From: Paraphysomonas bandaiensis
Taxonomy: Eukaryota > Protista > Chrysophyceae
Assembly (NCBI GenBank): GCA_965644295.1
Contig: CBFFRP010000151.1
Span: 107,221-171,220, forward strand
Reading direction: 5' to 3'
Length of the DNA stretch: 64,000 bases
Position numbers and translations under genes: made by a program. A model generated the notes under the pieces. The model saw nothing but the letters and a program-made list of their open reading frames with translations. It searched no databases and was not told the DNA's origin. Of the stretch, positions 52,977 to 64,000 are shown piece by piece (within the stretch, counting starts at the first letter, position 1; the number at the start of each line of letters is the position of its first letter).

Positions 52977-55437
52977 CAGTGCTCACTGATATATTTAAAA
53001 ATGTACCTATAAGTTGTGAGTGAGCACTGCTAAAGGTATACGATTTCTTTTTGTGTTGCTGTGTAAATTATACCCAGCAGTATTTTGATAACGATATTAC
53101 GGTACTTTAATCATGGCAATTGATGTAGCTGTGTCCGTGATCTATATTTCATATAATCTCAAGAATTGTTTTATATTTTGATATGGTTTATTTTAAACAG
53201 CAAATATACTTTTTGGATTATGTTACAGCCACCAGGTGCGTAATACACGCTCCGTATTCCAGCTGTGCGGGGCGCGAAATACATTTACATGCTCTAGTAC
53301 TTACTCCTGCTTTTCCTCCCCTCTGTGTATGTGTCGGACCTGTGTTCTATTCTGTTTTCGAACAACAATCTCAAAGATGCCTATTTGCACGCAGAAACAA
53401 TCCTAGTTCTACTAAATACTAAACAACCTCTCACAAACATTGATTCATGCTGACAGTTTGGTGTGTGATTTCTTGTGTTTTTGGTTGTATTTAAGTAAAC
53501 TTGTATTTAAGTAAACGAATGGCCTCCTCTTCCTTCTCTTCATCAAATTTAGTTTTTTCTGCAGGTGCATCATTTATCAAGAACTCATCTCACATGTGGT
53601 TTCTTTGCTCGATTCAGTTGAATTCCTCGAAATCTACATTTTGAACAATGTGTGAGAGGTGCTCACGGACGTATAAATAGTCCTTCGGTGTCAAGAGGTG
53701 CGATTAGTCAGAGGGACGCCCTTGGTAGTAGTGAATGTCTTATTATTAGCATAATAGGCGTTGAAGAGTTAGAACAAGTTTAGAATATTACAATTTAACT
53801 AACTAGTCTTAATTCTGACATATTATATATAATATATATCCTAAATTAGATATAATATACTAAAAATTAATTGCTTCAAGTGTCTTTTTTATATTGCATC
53901 AGATTACTTGATCTCGGAATGATTGTTTATATGCTCTCCTTCCTCCAAGCCACTAATACTTCGGAGCAAGTATCTTGTACAGTCAGAATGTTTCAGCTAT
54001 GATGCATCAAGCAAACTGCAAATCCTTTCAAGATGCGATTTGGTTTCCAAACCAGTCGTTTTCAGTATGTAGATTGGTGTGTTAGAGGTTGTAGGGTGTT
54101 GTTGTCATCATACTTGTGCCTTCTAATTAATAGTTAAATAAGTGACGCTGATAGACCCCCAAAGATAAGATTTCATCGATGTTTTCAAAGGTAACTTAAG
54201 ACATAAAGATTGTGTTGAGAGAAAGAATGGTCTACCAGCCTACTTCAGCATTGGAGAGAGCGATGGAGCCATTTCACCAGGTTTCATATCTAAGTATTGA
54301 GTTATTATTTTACTGTAATTTGTATCTGAGAGGTTAAAAATAAAGAAAAAGTCGCAAGTATAGTTGTTATTAGCAGTATGTATTGCGTTACAAGTTGGCC
54401 CTACTGCTTGTGTTTTGTAATATTATATTCTCATATAGCTGCATTTGCCTCTCTTGAGATTGCAAACGCCCCTACCGAATAGCCTGATTTTGGATACATT
54501 GCATACGCATATAGCTATCTTCACCACTACTACTTACAGTATTTTACAGTATAGCTACCAGCGTTGCCTATATCACATACACTATTTTACTCAAATTTCG
54601 GGTTCTGTCGTCGTTGCATTTTAACACATGCAAAATATCACGTCAACTTCGACATACAGAGTATCTTTTAGCAGTAGCTTGGTCAGCGTACAGGTGAAAG
54701 GATAATTTGCGTTAATGATGTATACCTTTTCTGTGTCTGCTCTTCCATCCTGATTCTTTATGAAGTACGCAAGTGCAGGAAGTCCGAGGTATTCACCATA
54801 CAACTTCTTCATGTAGGGGTAAATTGTAGGGGCTATATTATTCCCTTGTTTACAGTAAAATTTTTCATTTTCCCTAAAATTTGATGTGAGGTCCTGTCAA
54901 TATGTAACTTCAAAAAGTATTACCATTGTTAAGTTTGGTGATTCATTAGAGTATGGTTTGAATTTCTACATTGTGAAGTCAGGAAGTTAAGTTAAGCTTA
55001 AAAAGCTTGGCCAGGATCTTGGTTCTGTAGATAATATCAAGGTCAAAATTTTGAGCTCTCTATAATGGTTGATGGAAAATGAAAACAAAGGGATTTCATT
55101 TTCTTTATTGTTGTGTGTATTTTGTAAATAAAAAGCGCCAGCATCATTTAAGAATATACTAAGTACCAAGTATATATATGCTTCTAGTACTAAACTAGCT
55201 CTACGGAACAAAATTGGCGTACTTGGAAAAAACTAGAATTGTGAGTGTGATATGTACAAGTGCCCCTTCAAGATATTGACGAGTGAGTAATGAGTAATGG
55301 GATATTAATTAGTATTATATCAGTCGATTAAATTTCATTGGGATAGCAGCAACAAATAGTCTCCCCATACTCATAGCCGAACCATACGTGCTTTTTCCCC
55401 GCTATGGACACCCATACTTACTACTTTACCGTCAGCT

Positions 55438-56801
55438 TTACAGGTTGGTGCCAAGTATGCGGTTGATGTAACGCGCGCTCCAGCTACTTCCTCTGGGTTG
55501 AGCATTCTCCGGGGCGGGGAACTCGACTCCCAGCTCTAGCAGCTATAAAATTCATTCAGACATAGCATATAGAAAACAATGTTGCCAAGGCGATCACGCA
55601 ATATACTCTTGTACAGATAAGAGGACATTTCGTACATACTGGCAATCCACATACTATAGATTGTATATTCTGAACAACGTAACGCGACTATACCTTGCTG
55701 AAAGCAGCGGCAAAGTCGTTGAAGAAAGCCTCTTCATCATTGGCATAGGCCTCCACATACGGCTTGGTTATGGGGTCACTTGCAAGAGAGATATCCACAG
55801 GAAGCATCATAAGGGTGCCATTGGGATTCTCATACTGCGCAGGGCCCGTCCACTTCTACACTCGACAAAAATATATATCACAAAATGATAAGAAAATAAC
55901 ACTTAGCTGTCATAATACACATGCCACACGCAGAACTACACAAACACTTATGCAGTAGGCACGAAAAGTGGTTACCAACCTTTCCCTCGTGAGTCTTCTT
56001 GAAAGTCCACTTTTCCTGCAGCAACAGTCGGAAGTATTCGTTAGAGAAGGTTGTCTCTGCGTTGGTCCAGGGGCCCCAGTATCCAGAGGCCTCCACATGG
56101 CACCGACCAACCGCATGAGCTCCGGTAAGGGCCACGATCTCTTTGTCAGTAAATCCCATGCGTCCAAAGATATTTCTCAAATGGGCAATATCTCCTGAGA
56201 CTGTCCCTTTGTCAGCACTAGGAAGTCGTCCATCAGGCACCCTTGTTGGTGACTCCGAGTCTGAGCGACCAGGACGCCATGCAATTTTAGGTCCCCCCAT
56301 TTCTTCAATTGCCGTTGCACCCGCGAGAGTCCATAAGTCCGCATATGAGATATCCGGATACTTCTTCTTAATCGGTTCAAGAAAATCACGTGCAACTTGT
56401 AAACCTTTATTTGCATCCCAATCTTTTTCAGGTGAATATCTCATTGTAGCACCATTGGAACCACCTGTATGATCTTTACATGAGTATGTACCTGATGCAT
56501 GCCATGCAAGTCGTACTAATGTTGGTGCAATACTAGTACCATCTCCTCTATTTGATGCATCATTTTCAATGGCATTTGCAATATCTTGTTTAATAGAAGG
56601 GATAGGAATAGATGGATCGGAATGAGATGAATGAATAAGGAGTGTTGTCGTAGTAATGCCTGTAATCCCAGTAATTAAGAGTGATACGAGACGAGGAGAG
56701 ATAGAAGATGTTTGAGGAGGGGAAGGAAAGGTAGAGAGATGCCGCCTGAAGGGGAGAGAGAGTGTGCGGGTTGTGAGACGAGTTATATTGCGAGATAGCA
56801 T
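55438..56801 (-). CDS. CCP1: Cytochrome c peroxidase (class I heme peroxidase), mitochondrial
   Basis: Exons 56801-55980, 55855-55694, 55542-55438. Presequence [16 protein letters not shown] plus a TM segment; [48 protein letters not shown]. Confidence 0.93.
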
Positions 56802-56861
56802 TGTGAGCTTAGCAAACAATTGGATTAAATATATGGTTAATAACACCACCGAAATATACAC

Positions 56862-57157
56862 ACATACATACATACATACATACATACATACATACATACA
56901 TACATACATACATACATACATACATACATACATACATACATACATACATACATACATACATACATACATACATACATACATACATACATACATACATACA
57001 TACATACATACATACATACATACATACATACATACATACATACATACATACATACATACATACATACATACATACATACATACATACATACATACATACA
57101 TACATACATACATACATACATACATACATACATACATACATACATACATACATACAT
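56862..57157. repeat. (CATA)n microsatellite, ~295 bp
   Basis: Perfect array about 60 bp upstream of the CCP start codon. Confidence 0.98.
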
Positions 57158-57559
57158 CAATGGATGTTCAATTTATGAAGGATGAAGTCAAAGCTTCTAG
57201 GGACTTATGAACTCAGTGTGTACATTGTCACTATGAACATTTCATCAGACGTAAAGATTCTCCAAACCGAAGTTAAGTGCAAAATTTGTTAATGAAGATG
57301 ATATTTCTGTTGATTGCAATAAGTACTTAAAACAATTTTAGCCGATGTGTGTGGTGGACACCCAAGATCGATTGAGTATGTTGTTTCAGTGTGCAACATC
57401 ATTGACGCGGCCGACTGACGGAGTTTATCTGACATTATTAGAACTGCGTCGTGCCAACTCATTGGGGCCTATCGACAGGTTAAACATCATCACGACGTGT
57501 TATTGAAAGCAATATTACTAGGCGAATAAGTTTGTGCAAGTGATTGTGTTGGTAATGAG

Positions 57560-58250
57560 ACGTATGAGTCATTGGTGAACCGAGGAATCTTTCTGAATTC
57601 ACTAGAAAGTGCGTGTTCATCGAAGTGGAATTGTTCCAAGCAGACAGAAGACGATGACGATGAATTTCCAGTTGTAGTAGACTTGCCTAAGCAGACTACA
57701 CCAAGTGATTCTGCCAATCGTAAGCGTGATTATTCTTCCAATTCGTCTGATCTTCGAGTTCAACATCTTCTCGGAGGAAGAGAACACGGTCTGGCAGGTC
57801 AACTAATCGTGATAGCTTAGACGATAATTACGGCACACCCAATTACATGGAGGATCAGTCAAAGTCAATGAGGTTGCGAGCAGAAGCGGCACTTATTCAA
57901 GCACAGAATAAAACTGTCAGAGCGAATAATGAAAGCAAGCAGTTTGATTTTCTCAAAGACATCAAAGAAATGATGAGTGATATGCACAAAGTAAAAAAAG
58001 AGAAGTTGTGACAATTAATTATTCGGTCTTTTGTCATCTAAGTAATCCTCTAATAATATAGTGCACTTATCTTCTAAAGCATCGTCATCACAAGCAAAAT
58101 ACGAGTACGTTTGGTTACCGTACAATATAGCGCAAATATTTCGTAATATAGTAGCTACAAAATAGTATAGTGCGATGTCTTTGTGCTTTCTGAGCTTCAT
58201 GGTGCATCTGAATTTATGTATGGAAAAGCATTAGCTGGCTGAGCTTCTTG
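57560..58250. mobile_element. PIF/Harbinger-like DNA transposon remnant (transposase C-terminus plus convergent partner ORF end)
   Basis: 58200-58015 (-) LK...YYFVATILRNICAILYGNQTYSYF...LEDYL resembles the DDE_Tnp_4 C-terminus. A broken coiled-coil-rich ORF on + stops about 4 bp away (58008-58010). Confidence 0.55.
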
Positions 58251-58289
58251 TTACAGCGAAGTGTGATGTACACAGTATCTTTACGAAGA

Positions 58290-58510
58290 TTTATTTCACA
58301 TCCGTTTTATCCTATAAAATGACTAGATGATATTATATATATAGCTGTAGTATATTGCTGATTACCCGTTTCTACATTGAGTAGGAGTGTTGGAATACGT
58401 ATGGTTCTCTAAGATAGTATTGTAGAACACGTTAAATACAATGTGAAAACAGTAATACGTTGTCAAAGATACTATATAGCTATAACTGTGAAACTGAAGT
58501 ATTGTATCAT
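58290..58510 (+). mobile_element. Degenerate older LTR fragment related to the Copia LTR, opposite orientation
   Basis: TTCACATCCGTTTTATCCTAT and TTCTACATTGAGTAGGAGTGTTGGAATA match the reverse complement of LTR positions ~58930-58828. Confidence 0.55.
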
Positions 58511-58544
58511 GACGATTCAAGATACTAAAGTTGAGCACAGGTTG

Positions 58545-59005
58545 TGTTGGGAAATGCTCATTTTACTTAGATCAAAGAGAGATTAAGTTGTTAGACTAGA
58601 TAGATTTATTAATATCGTTTACACGAATTGTGTTAAACAACACAAGCTCGTTTTGTGCCATGCATAAATCACTACTTCTGTAGACCTTTCGCTACTAAAC
58701 ATATCTTGAAAGAGCAAACTATTTCAGTTTTCTCAATATCATAACAGCATCTACACATCACCATACTTCACTGTATTCTCGTACATTGTCTTCAAGTACC
58801 ACATTGAATATACTAGGATACAGTCCATATTCTAATACTCCCACTCAATGTAGAATGCAGTGATACGAAACAACAATGAGTACAGTGATCTTCATGCTAT
58901 AAACTAGTCTCATAGGTAAAATAGATGTGAAATCTTATCAAGATACATATATAACTAGCAGTCAACTAGATATATAGTTATGTGGGATTCTCACCCACTA
59001 AAACA
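58545..59005 (-). repeat. 3' LTR (461 bp, TGTT...AACA)
   Basis: Matches 63706-64000 except for a 2-bp indel. Preceded on the minus strand by the purine-rich tract GAAGAGGTTAAAGGTG (59021-59006). Confidence 0.9.
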
Positions 59006-59010
59006 CACCT

Positions 59011-62000
59011 TTAACCTCTTCGGGGTCGCTTCTTCTGCTGCTCCTCAACTCTGGTTGACACACTTCTCTTAACCCCGGTAATAGTTTTCTCATGACGACT
59101 GAAAAGTTTCGTTGACAATGCCTTCGTGAAAATATCAGCCGCCATATCATCCGTCGACACATGAATCAACTTTGCCGTAGGAAATTTTCCATTTACATGC
59201 TCTCTCACCCAGTGATACTTGATGTCTATATGCTTCGACCTCTTATGATACACAGGATTCTCGGAGAGATCTTTCGCACTCTTGCTATCCATAAAGAATG
59301 GAGTCGGCTTCGCAACTAAGAGCCCGAGCTCCTTGAACACCCCCGAAGCCACACCAGTTCTTGCATAGCCGCATACTCCGCCATATATTCAGATTCCATG
59401 CTCGAAGTTGCAACTGTGGTCTGTAGTTTAGACTGCCAGGCCAATGCGCCTGCACATAAGAACACAATGTATCCTGTTGTCGATCGCCGAGTCAGTCTAT
59501 CACCAGCCCAATCTGAATCACTGAACACATGTAAGTCGAACTCACTCCCACTGAATCTGATGCCCTCATCAATTGTTCCACGCAAATATTTCAATAAGTG
59601 AATCGCCAGTTTGCACGATGCATATGTCGGACAACTACTAAATCGAGACAATAACCCCACTGCATAAGCCAGATCAGGTCTAGTATGCATTGCTAGATAC
59701 AACACTGCTCCAATAATTTGCCGATACGGAAATGAGTCAACCCACTGCTTCTGCTCCTCCGTAAGTTCACGTTCCTCTGCCAACAGATCCTGAACATTAG
59801 TAGGTAGTGGGGCCTCCTTATTCTTACTACTCTTTCCCATAACTGAGCTGAATTTCTTGATAATATTCTTAGCATACTCAGATTGATCTAACATATACCA
59901 ATTTTCTCCTCTGGTTATCCTGATGTTCAGAAATCGCTTACACACTCCCAGATCATGCATCTCGAATGTTTCACAGAACCTACGCTTTACGCTTTCCAAG
60001 TAAGTCAGATCAGCGGATGCAATTATGATATCATCAACATATATCAATAATAAATGCAGTTTTCCGTTACTCCATCGCATATACAAACACGTATCCAAAA
60101 TACACGGAGTAAAATGCAATGATTTAATAAACTTGTCAATATGTTTATTCCACTGTCGCGGTGAAGATCGCAGTCCATACAATGCCTTGATTAGTTGAAA
60201 ACACCATCCAGCTAGTAATTCCTCATCTGGTGGAGGTGCCATATACACGTCATCCTCCAGATCTGCATAGCAAAATGCGGATGATACATCTAATTGATGC
60301 ACATGCATCTGTAACATAAACGCAATCGCTAACACTAGTCTAATGGTTATACCCTTAACCACTGGAGCGAAAGTGGACGGCTCCTCCTCCTTCTTCTCTT
60401 GGAGATTTCCTAATGCCACTAGCCGAGCCTTGTACTTTACTATATTCCCTAGTATGTCTCGCTTCACCGTATGCACATATTTCGCTCTAACTAATTTCAC
60501 TCCGCTTGGAATTTTCACGATCTTCAAGACACGTCTTTTCAGCAATGATGTCTTCTCCACCATTCGAGCTTTTCTCCATTGTTGATACTGTGGAGATCTC
60601 TCTGCCTCGGCATATGAATTTGGTATCTTGATATCTTCTGTCTCTGCATGGTTAAGATCAATATTATGCGCATCCGGTACTTCAACCATATTAATCTCTC
60701 CTAAAACTGACGCGTTTGCCAGTCTCCGCTGCAGCCGTTTGCGTCGGACCCGACCATCACCATCTAGTTCAATCGGTCGACGAGGTATATAAGAACCCGT
60801 ACCTTGCTCATCCTGAGCACGCACATCGTGCGTTGTGGGAGGAGCCCCGCTCACAACCCCAGACTCATAGTCTTCAGAGGTCTGCAACCTCACAGCTGTC
60901 TCCTGACAGGTTGGGTCAGGACTCTCCTGTAACCCTCCAGGTCTTCCCTGGTCCAGCACCCTGGCTGGCATAGTACTCAGGGCGTCCCCCTTTCCTATAT
61001 ATCCGGTATTCCCGGGAGTTTCTGCAGTCATTCGCACTACGTCCTCGACGTGAATCGGCACCCGGTGCTCGATATGCTTCCGACCTGCAGTTACCAGAGA
61101 TCGATAGGCTACTATTACCCCCTTTCGTTCTACTACTCTCGTGGTCTTGTAGAGAAGACCATCCTCATCATCAATATGATATGTACCTTCTAAGCCCGCA
61201 TAGTCAGACACAATTTTCGGTCTCTCGGCCTCCTTCACTCGAAGAGCATCTATCTCAGCGAAATAGCTCTCCGAGCGTGACGGTATGGACTCATCAGTTA
61301 ATACATGTACCGACGTGACGACCCTATCAGTCGCAGGTAGATATACATCATATCCTACCTTTTCATCTGAATATCCTATCAGATATCCGATAAGGGCCTT
61401 GTCGTCCCAGTCTTTCCGTCGATCCGCCTTTGTAGTGAGGACATACGCACGACACCCCCATACTCTGAGATATTTCAGGTTGGGAGCCTCACCAGTCAAA
61501 AATTCAAGAGGGGACATATACCCCTTCGCTGTCTTTGTAGGCAATCGAATTAATATGTACCTGGCTGCCATGTAGGCATCTAGCCAAAACTGTGAAGGCA
61601 ATCCTGACTGAATCAGCATCGCTAATGTCATCTCACCACAGGTCCTGAATTTCCGCTCCTCAATCGCGTTCATCTCAGGAGAGTCCGTAGAGCTCCACGT
61701 ATGTTGATAGCAACCCTGTGACCTAAGATATTGTCGCAGCTCATCACATATTAGCTCCCCTGCTCCATCTGCATGGTAATGATGCATTTCTAATTTGTAC
61801 CTTTTCACATCTCCTTCAAAAATCTTCTTGAAAACCTGCAGTACCGATGACCCAGTCCTATGAACAAGCCCTTCCGACCAGAACATCCGACTGGCATGGT
61901 GTGTTAGTTTGAGCACATATATTTCCCCTCCTCGAGCTGGACAATTTAAGTATACTGCTATATCGGCCGAGAAATTTGGACGAACGGAGTCCTCATCCTT

Positions 62001-63722
62001 TGTCCGAAAACTTACTCTGGTGATCTTCGCCCTGGCGCATACATCACATAGACACTGTTCTTTGGAAACACGTTTCGAGAGATGTTTTCGTTTCAGTCCA
62101 GTCCCAATAATTAGCATTCTTTTGTGGGCTTCTACCAACGCATGCTTGTTAAAATGACCCGCTCTCCTATGTAACAGCTCCAGTTCATCCTCACCCGTAC
62201 GGTCACTGAGATTTACTTCTGAATCACTGGATGTCGATACGTCTGGAAGCTCCAATAACTGCTGTGTTGGCACAGCAGTCATTCCATTCTTCATAGGTCC
62301 CTCCAACACCAGCTCATCCGTATTTCTGTCATATATCTGTATACCATACCATACAGTAAATCGATATCCCATATCGTTCAACTTCCGTCCAGAACAAAGA
62401 CACCGATTTATCTGACTTGATACCTCAATGTTCTTCCATGCTCCACGGGAACCTACACTCGTGACGCATATCTCTGACCCTTTTTTCGAACCATTAATAA
62501 CCTTTGATGTGTGCATATGACTATCAAGTATATTCACATCATTTATCAAAAACATTGATGACGAACAACAGGTATCAATGTATGTATAGTGAATATCCTC
62601 ATGCACACTACTGCATATATTCGTCTCATACACATTACATGACAAGTGATACTCTTCCTGTTGCTCGATCATATTTGCTTCGTCTTCGTCAGACAAATCC
62701 GCTGGCTCTCCACGCCTGATGTTTTCAACTGTAAGTAGTCTTTTGTCTGGTTTCCTTCCATCTTGAAACCTCACAGCCTTGCTCTTGCTTTGCGAGTACT
62801 TCTTTTTCGATGCTGGACAATCGATGTGCAAGATGTTCCTTTGACTTACAATTTCTGCACCCAGTATATCGGCACTTCCAGGTCGCTGCCCTGTAATCTC
62901 TGTATCCTCTTCATCGGCTTCTTCTTACCGTTGTTCTTCTTACGATGATCCCTCTCTCTGCGATATCGTTTCTTACTGTCTATCAGGGTTCAGCTCCTCC
63001 ACTCTTTTACGCTTCTTCTCCAACGCTTCCTTCCCAGCCATAGTATCATCATAGCCTTCTATCTTACGTGATACAGTTACATAATTAACATCATCATCCA
63101 TCAAGTATAATCCAACTCTCAGTTGAGCATACTCTTCATTGAGCAAGCCTTCTCGTAGTCGACTTGTTTTTGATACCTCCGGGATATCCTGCTGCTGCTC
63201 CTGTAGTTCCTTCAGCAGTAGTTCGAACCGTAGTACGTAGTCCTTCGCCGTCTCCTCCGGACGCATACGGAAAGAACCATATTGAGTTAGAGGTCACTGA
63301 TCCTATTTTGCTTTCCCTCCAGCAAAACACTTCTTCAACTCATCAATCATTACATGTGTTTTGAACCTGTTTACACCACTCCCTTCTGCCTTGAACGCTT
63401 TGTGGGTAAGATGGAATTTACGCAGCGCTTTCGGGGAATGCTGCACCGCATCCCTGCAGTAAGAATAAGCTATGGCGTTCGCCTTCCAATACCTCTTCAC
63501 AGCCTGTCTGTGCGCCTTCTCCTCCATCAACGTGAAGTGGCTGCTCTGAAAGTCGCTCTCCTTAGGTGGCAGTTCCACCGCTACCTCGCTTTGTTCCTTC
63601 CTCATAAGGAATGTCTCGAAGTCCTCAATCCATTGTTCAACGTTAGTCTCGTTGAACTGAGGAACTACTCCTCTATCCTCCTTCTCTCCTCCTCGCTCGC
63701 TACCATGTTGGGAAATGCTCAT
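59011..63722 (-). pseudogene. Copia gag-pol polyprotein broken by several frameshifts
   Basis: Gag fragments 63722-63303 and 63266-62973; zinc knuckle CRNCKSKEH..; protease YIDTCCS; HRRAGH..CDVC; integrase D..DGAGE..ER; RT YVDD; RNase H FSDSDWAG...KRSKHIDIKYHWVRE. Confidence 0.9.
63691..63705 (-). promoter_or_regulatory. Primer-binding site TGGTAGCGAGCGAGG (probably initiator tRNA-Met)
   Basis: Immediately follows the 5' LTR end (..CCCAACA). TGGTAGC is complementary to the GCUACCA 3' end of many eukaryotic tRNA-iMet. Confidence 0.75.
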
Positions 63723-64000
63723 TTTACTTAGATCAAAGAGAGATTAAGTTGTTAGACTAGATAGATTTATTAATATCACGTTTACACGAATTGTGTTAAA
63801 CAACACAAGCTCGTTTTGTGCCATGCATAAATCACTACTTCTGTAGACCTTTCGCTACTAAACATATCTTGAAAGAGCAAACTATTTCAGTTTTCTCAAT
63901 ATCATAACAGCATCTACACATCACCATACTTCACTGTATTCTCGTACATTGTCTTCAAGTACCACATTGAATATACTAGGATACAGTCCATATTCTAATA
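63706..64000 (-). repeat. 5' LTR (partial)
   Basis: Direct copy of 58545-58837. Confidence 0.92.

Larger units (their letters stand above)
58545..64000 (-). mobile_element. Ty1/Copia LTR retrotransposon (5' LTR runs off the window)
   Basis: Near-identical LTRs, PBS, PPT, and domain order gag-PR-IN-RT-RH. Confidence 0.95.

Noticed and set aside
53500-54860. Coding-like minus-strand fragments (e.g. 54621-54812 ...TLYVEVDVIF)
   Set aside because: Probably decayed transposase sequence, but stops and frameshifts prevent assignment.
62790-63330. Programmed gag-pol frameshifting
   Set aside because: Breaks fall inside gag and the zinc knuckle and are multiple, which fits mutation or sequencing error better.
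59398-63731. Plus-strand ORFs within the Copia element, and similar antisense ORFs over genes
   Set aside because: Shadow ORFs opposite well-supported coding frames.

Overview
AT-rich eukaryotic genomic DNA with GT-AG introns and the standard genetic code. The gene repertoire suggests a stramenopile or other protist, which is an inference. I can reconstruct about 15 mostly spliced protein-coding genes: an ATP-grasp protein, a tandem YccV/HspQ-domain + TPR protein, an XRRA1-like LRR protein, an orphan, NSA2, a 100-aa membrane protein, a Gfo/Idh/MocA oxidoreductase, NRDE2, an MGRN1/LOG2-like RING ligase, an OSCA/CSC1 channel, a CaaX-ending dual-specificity phosphatase, a multi-pass membrane orphan, an RNF126/115-like RING ligase, a hybrid histidine kinase and cytochrome c peroxidase. 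The right end holds a young Ty1/Copia retrotransposon inserted next to an older inverted related LTR and a PIF/Harbinger remnant. Intergenic DNA is structured. Gene 5' ends carry long (CATA)n arrays, hairpin/foldback elements and a conserved ~105-bp module, and the first ~0.5-0.9 kb of many CDSs is strongly A/T-biased. Two other repeat families lie mostly downstream of genes. Exon coordinates were read by eye, and no database searches were run.
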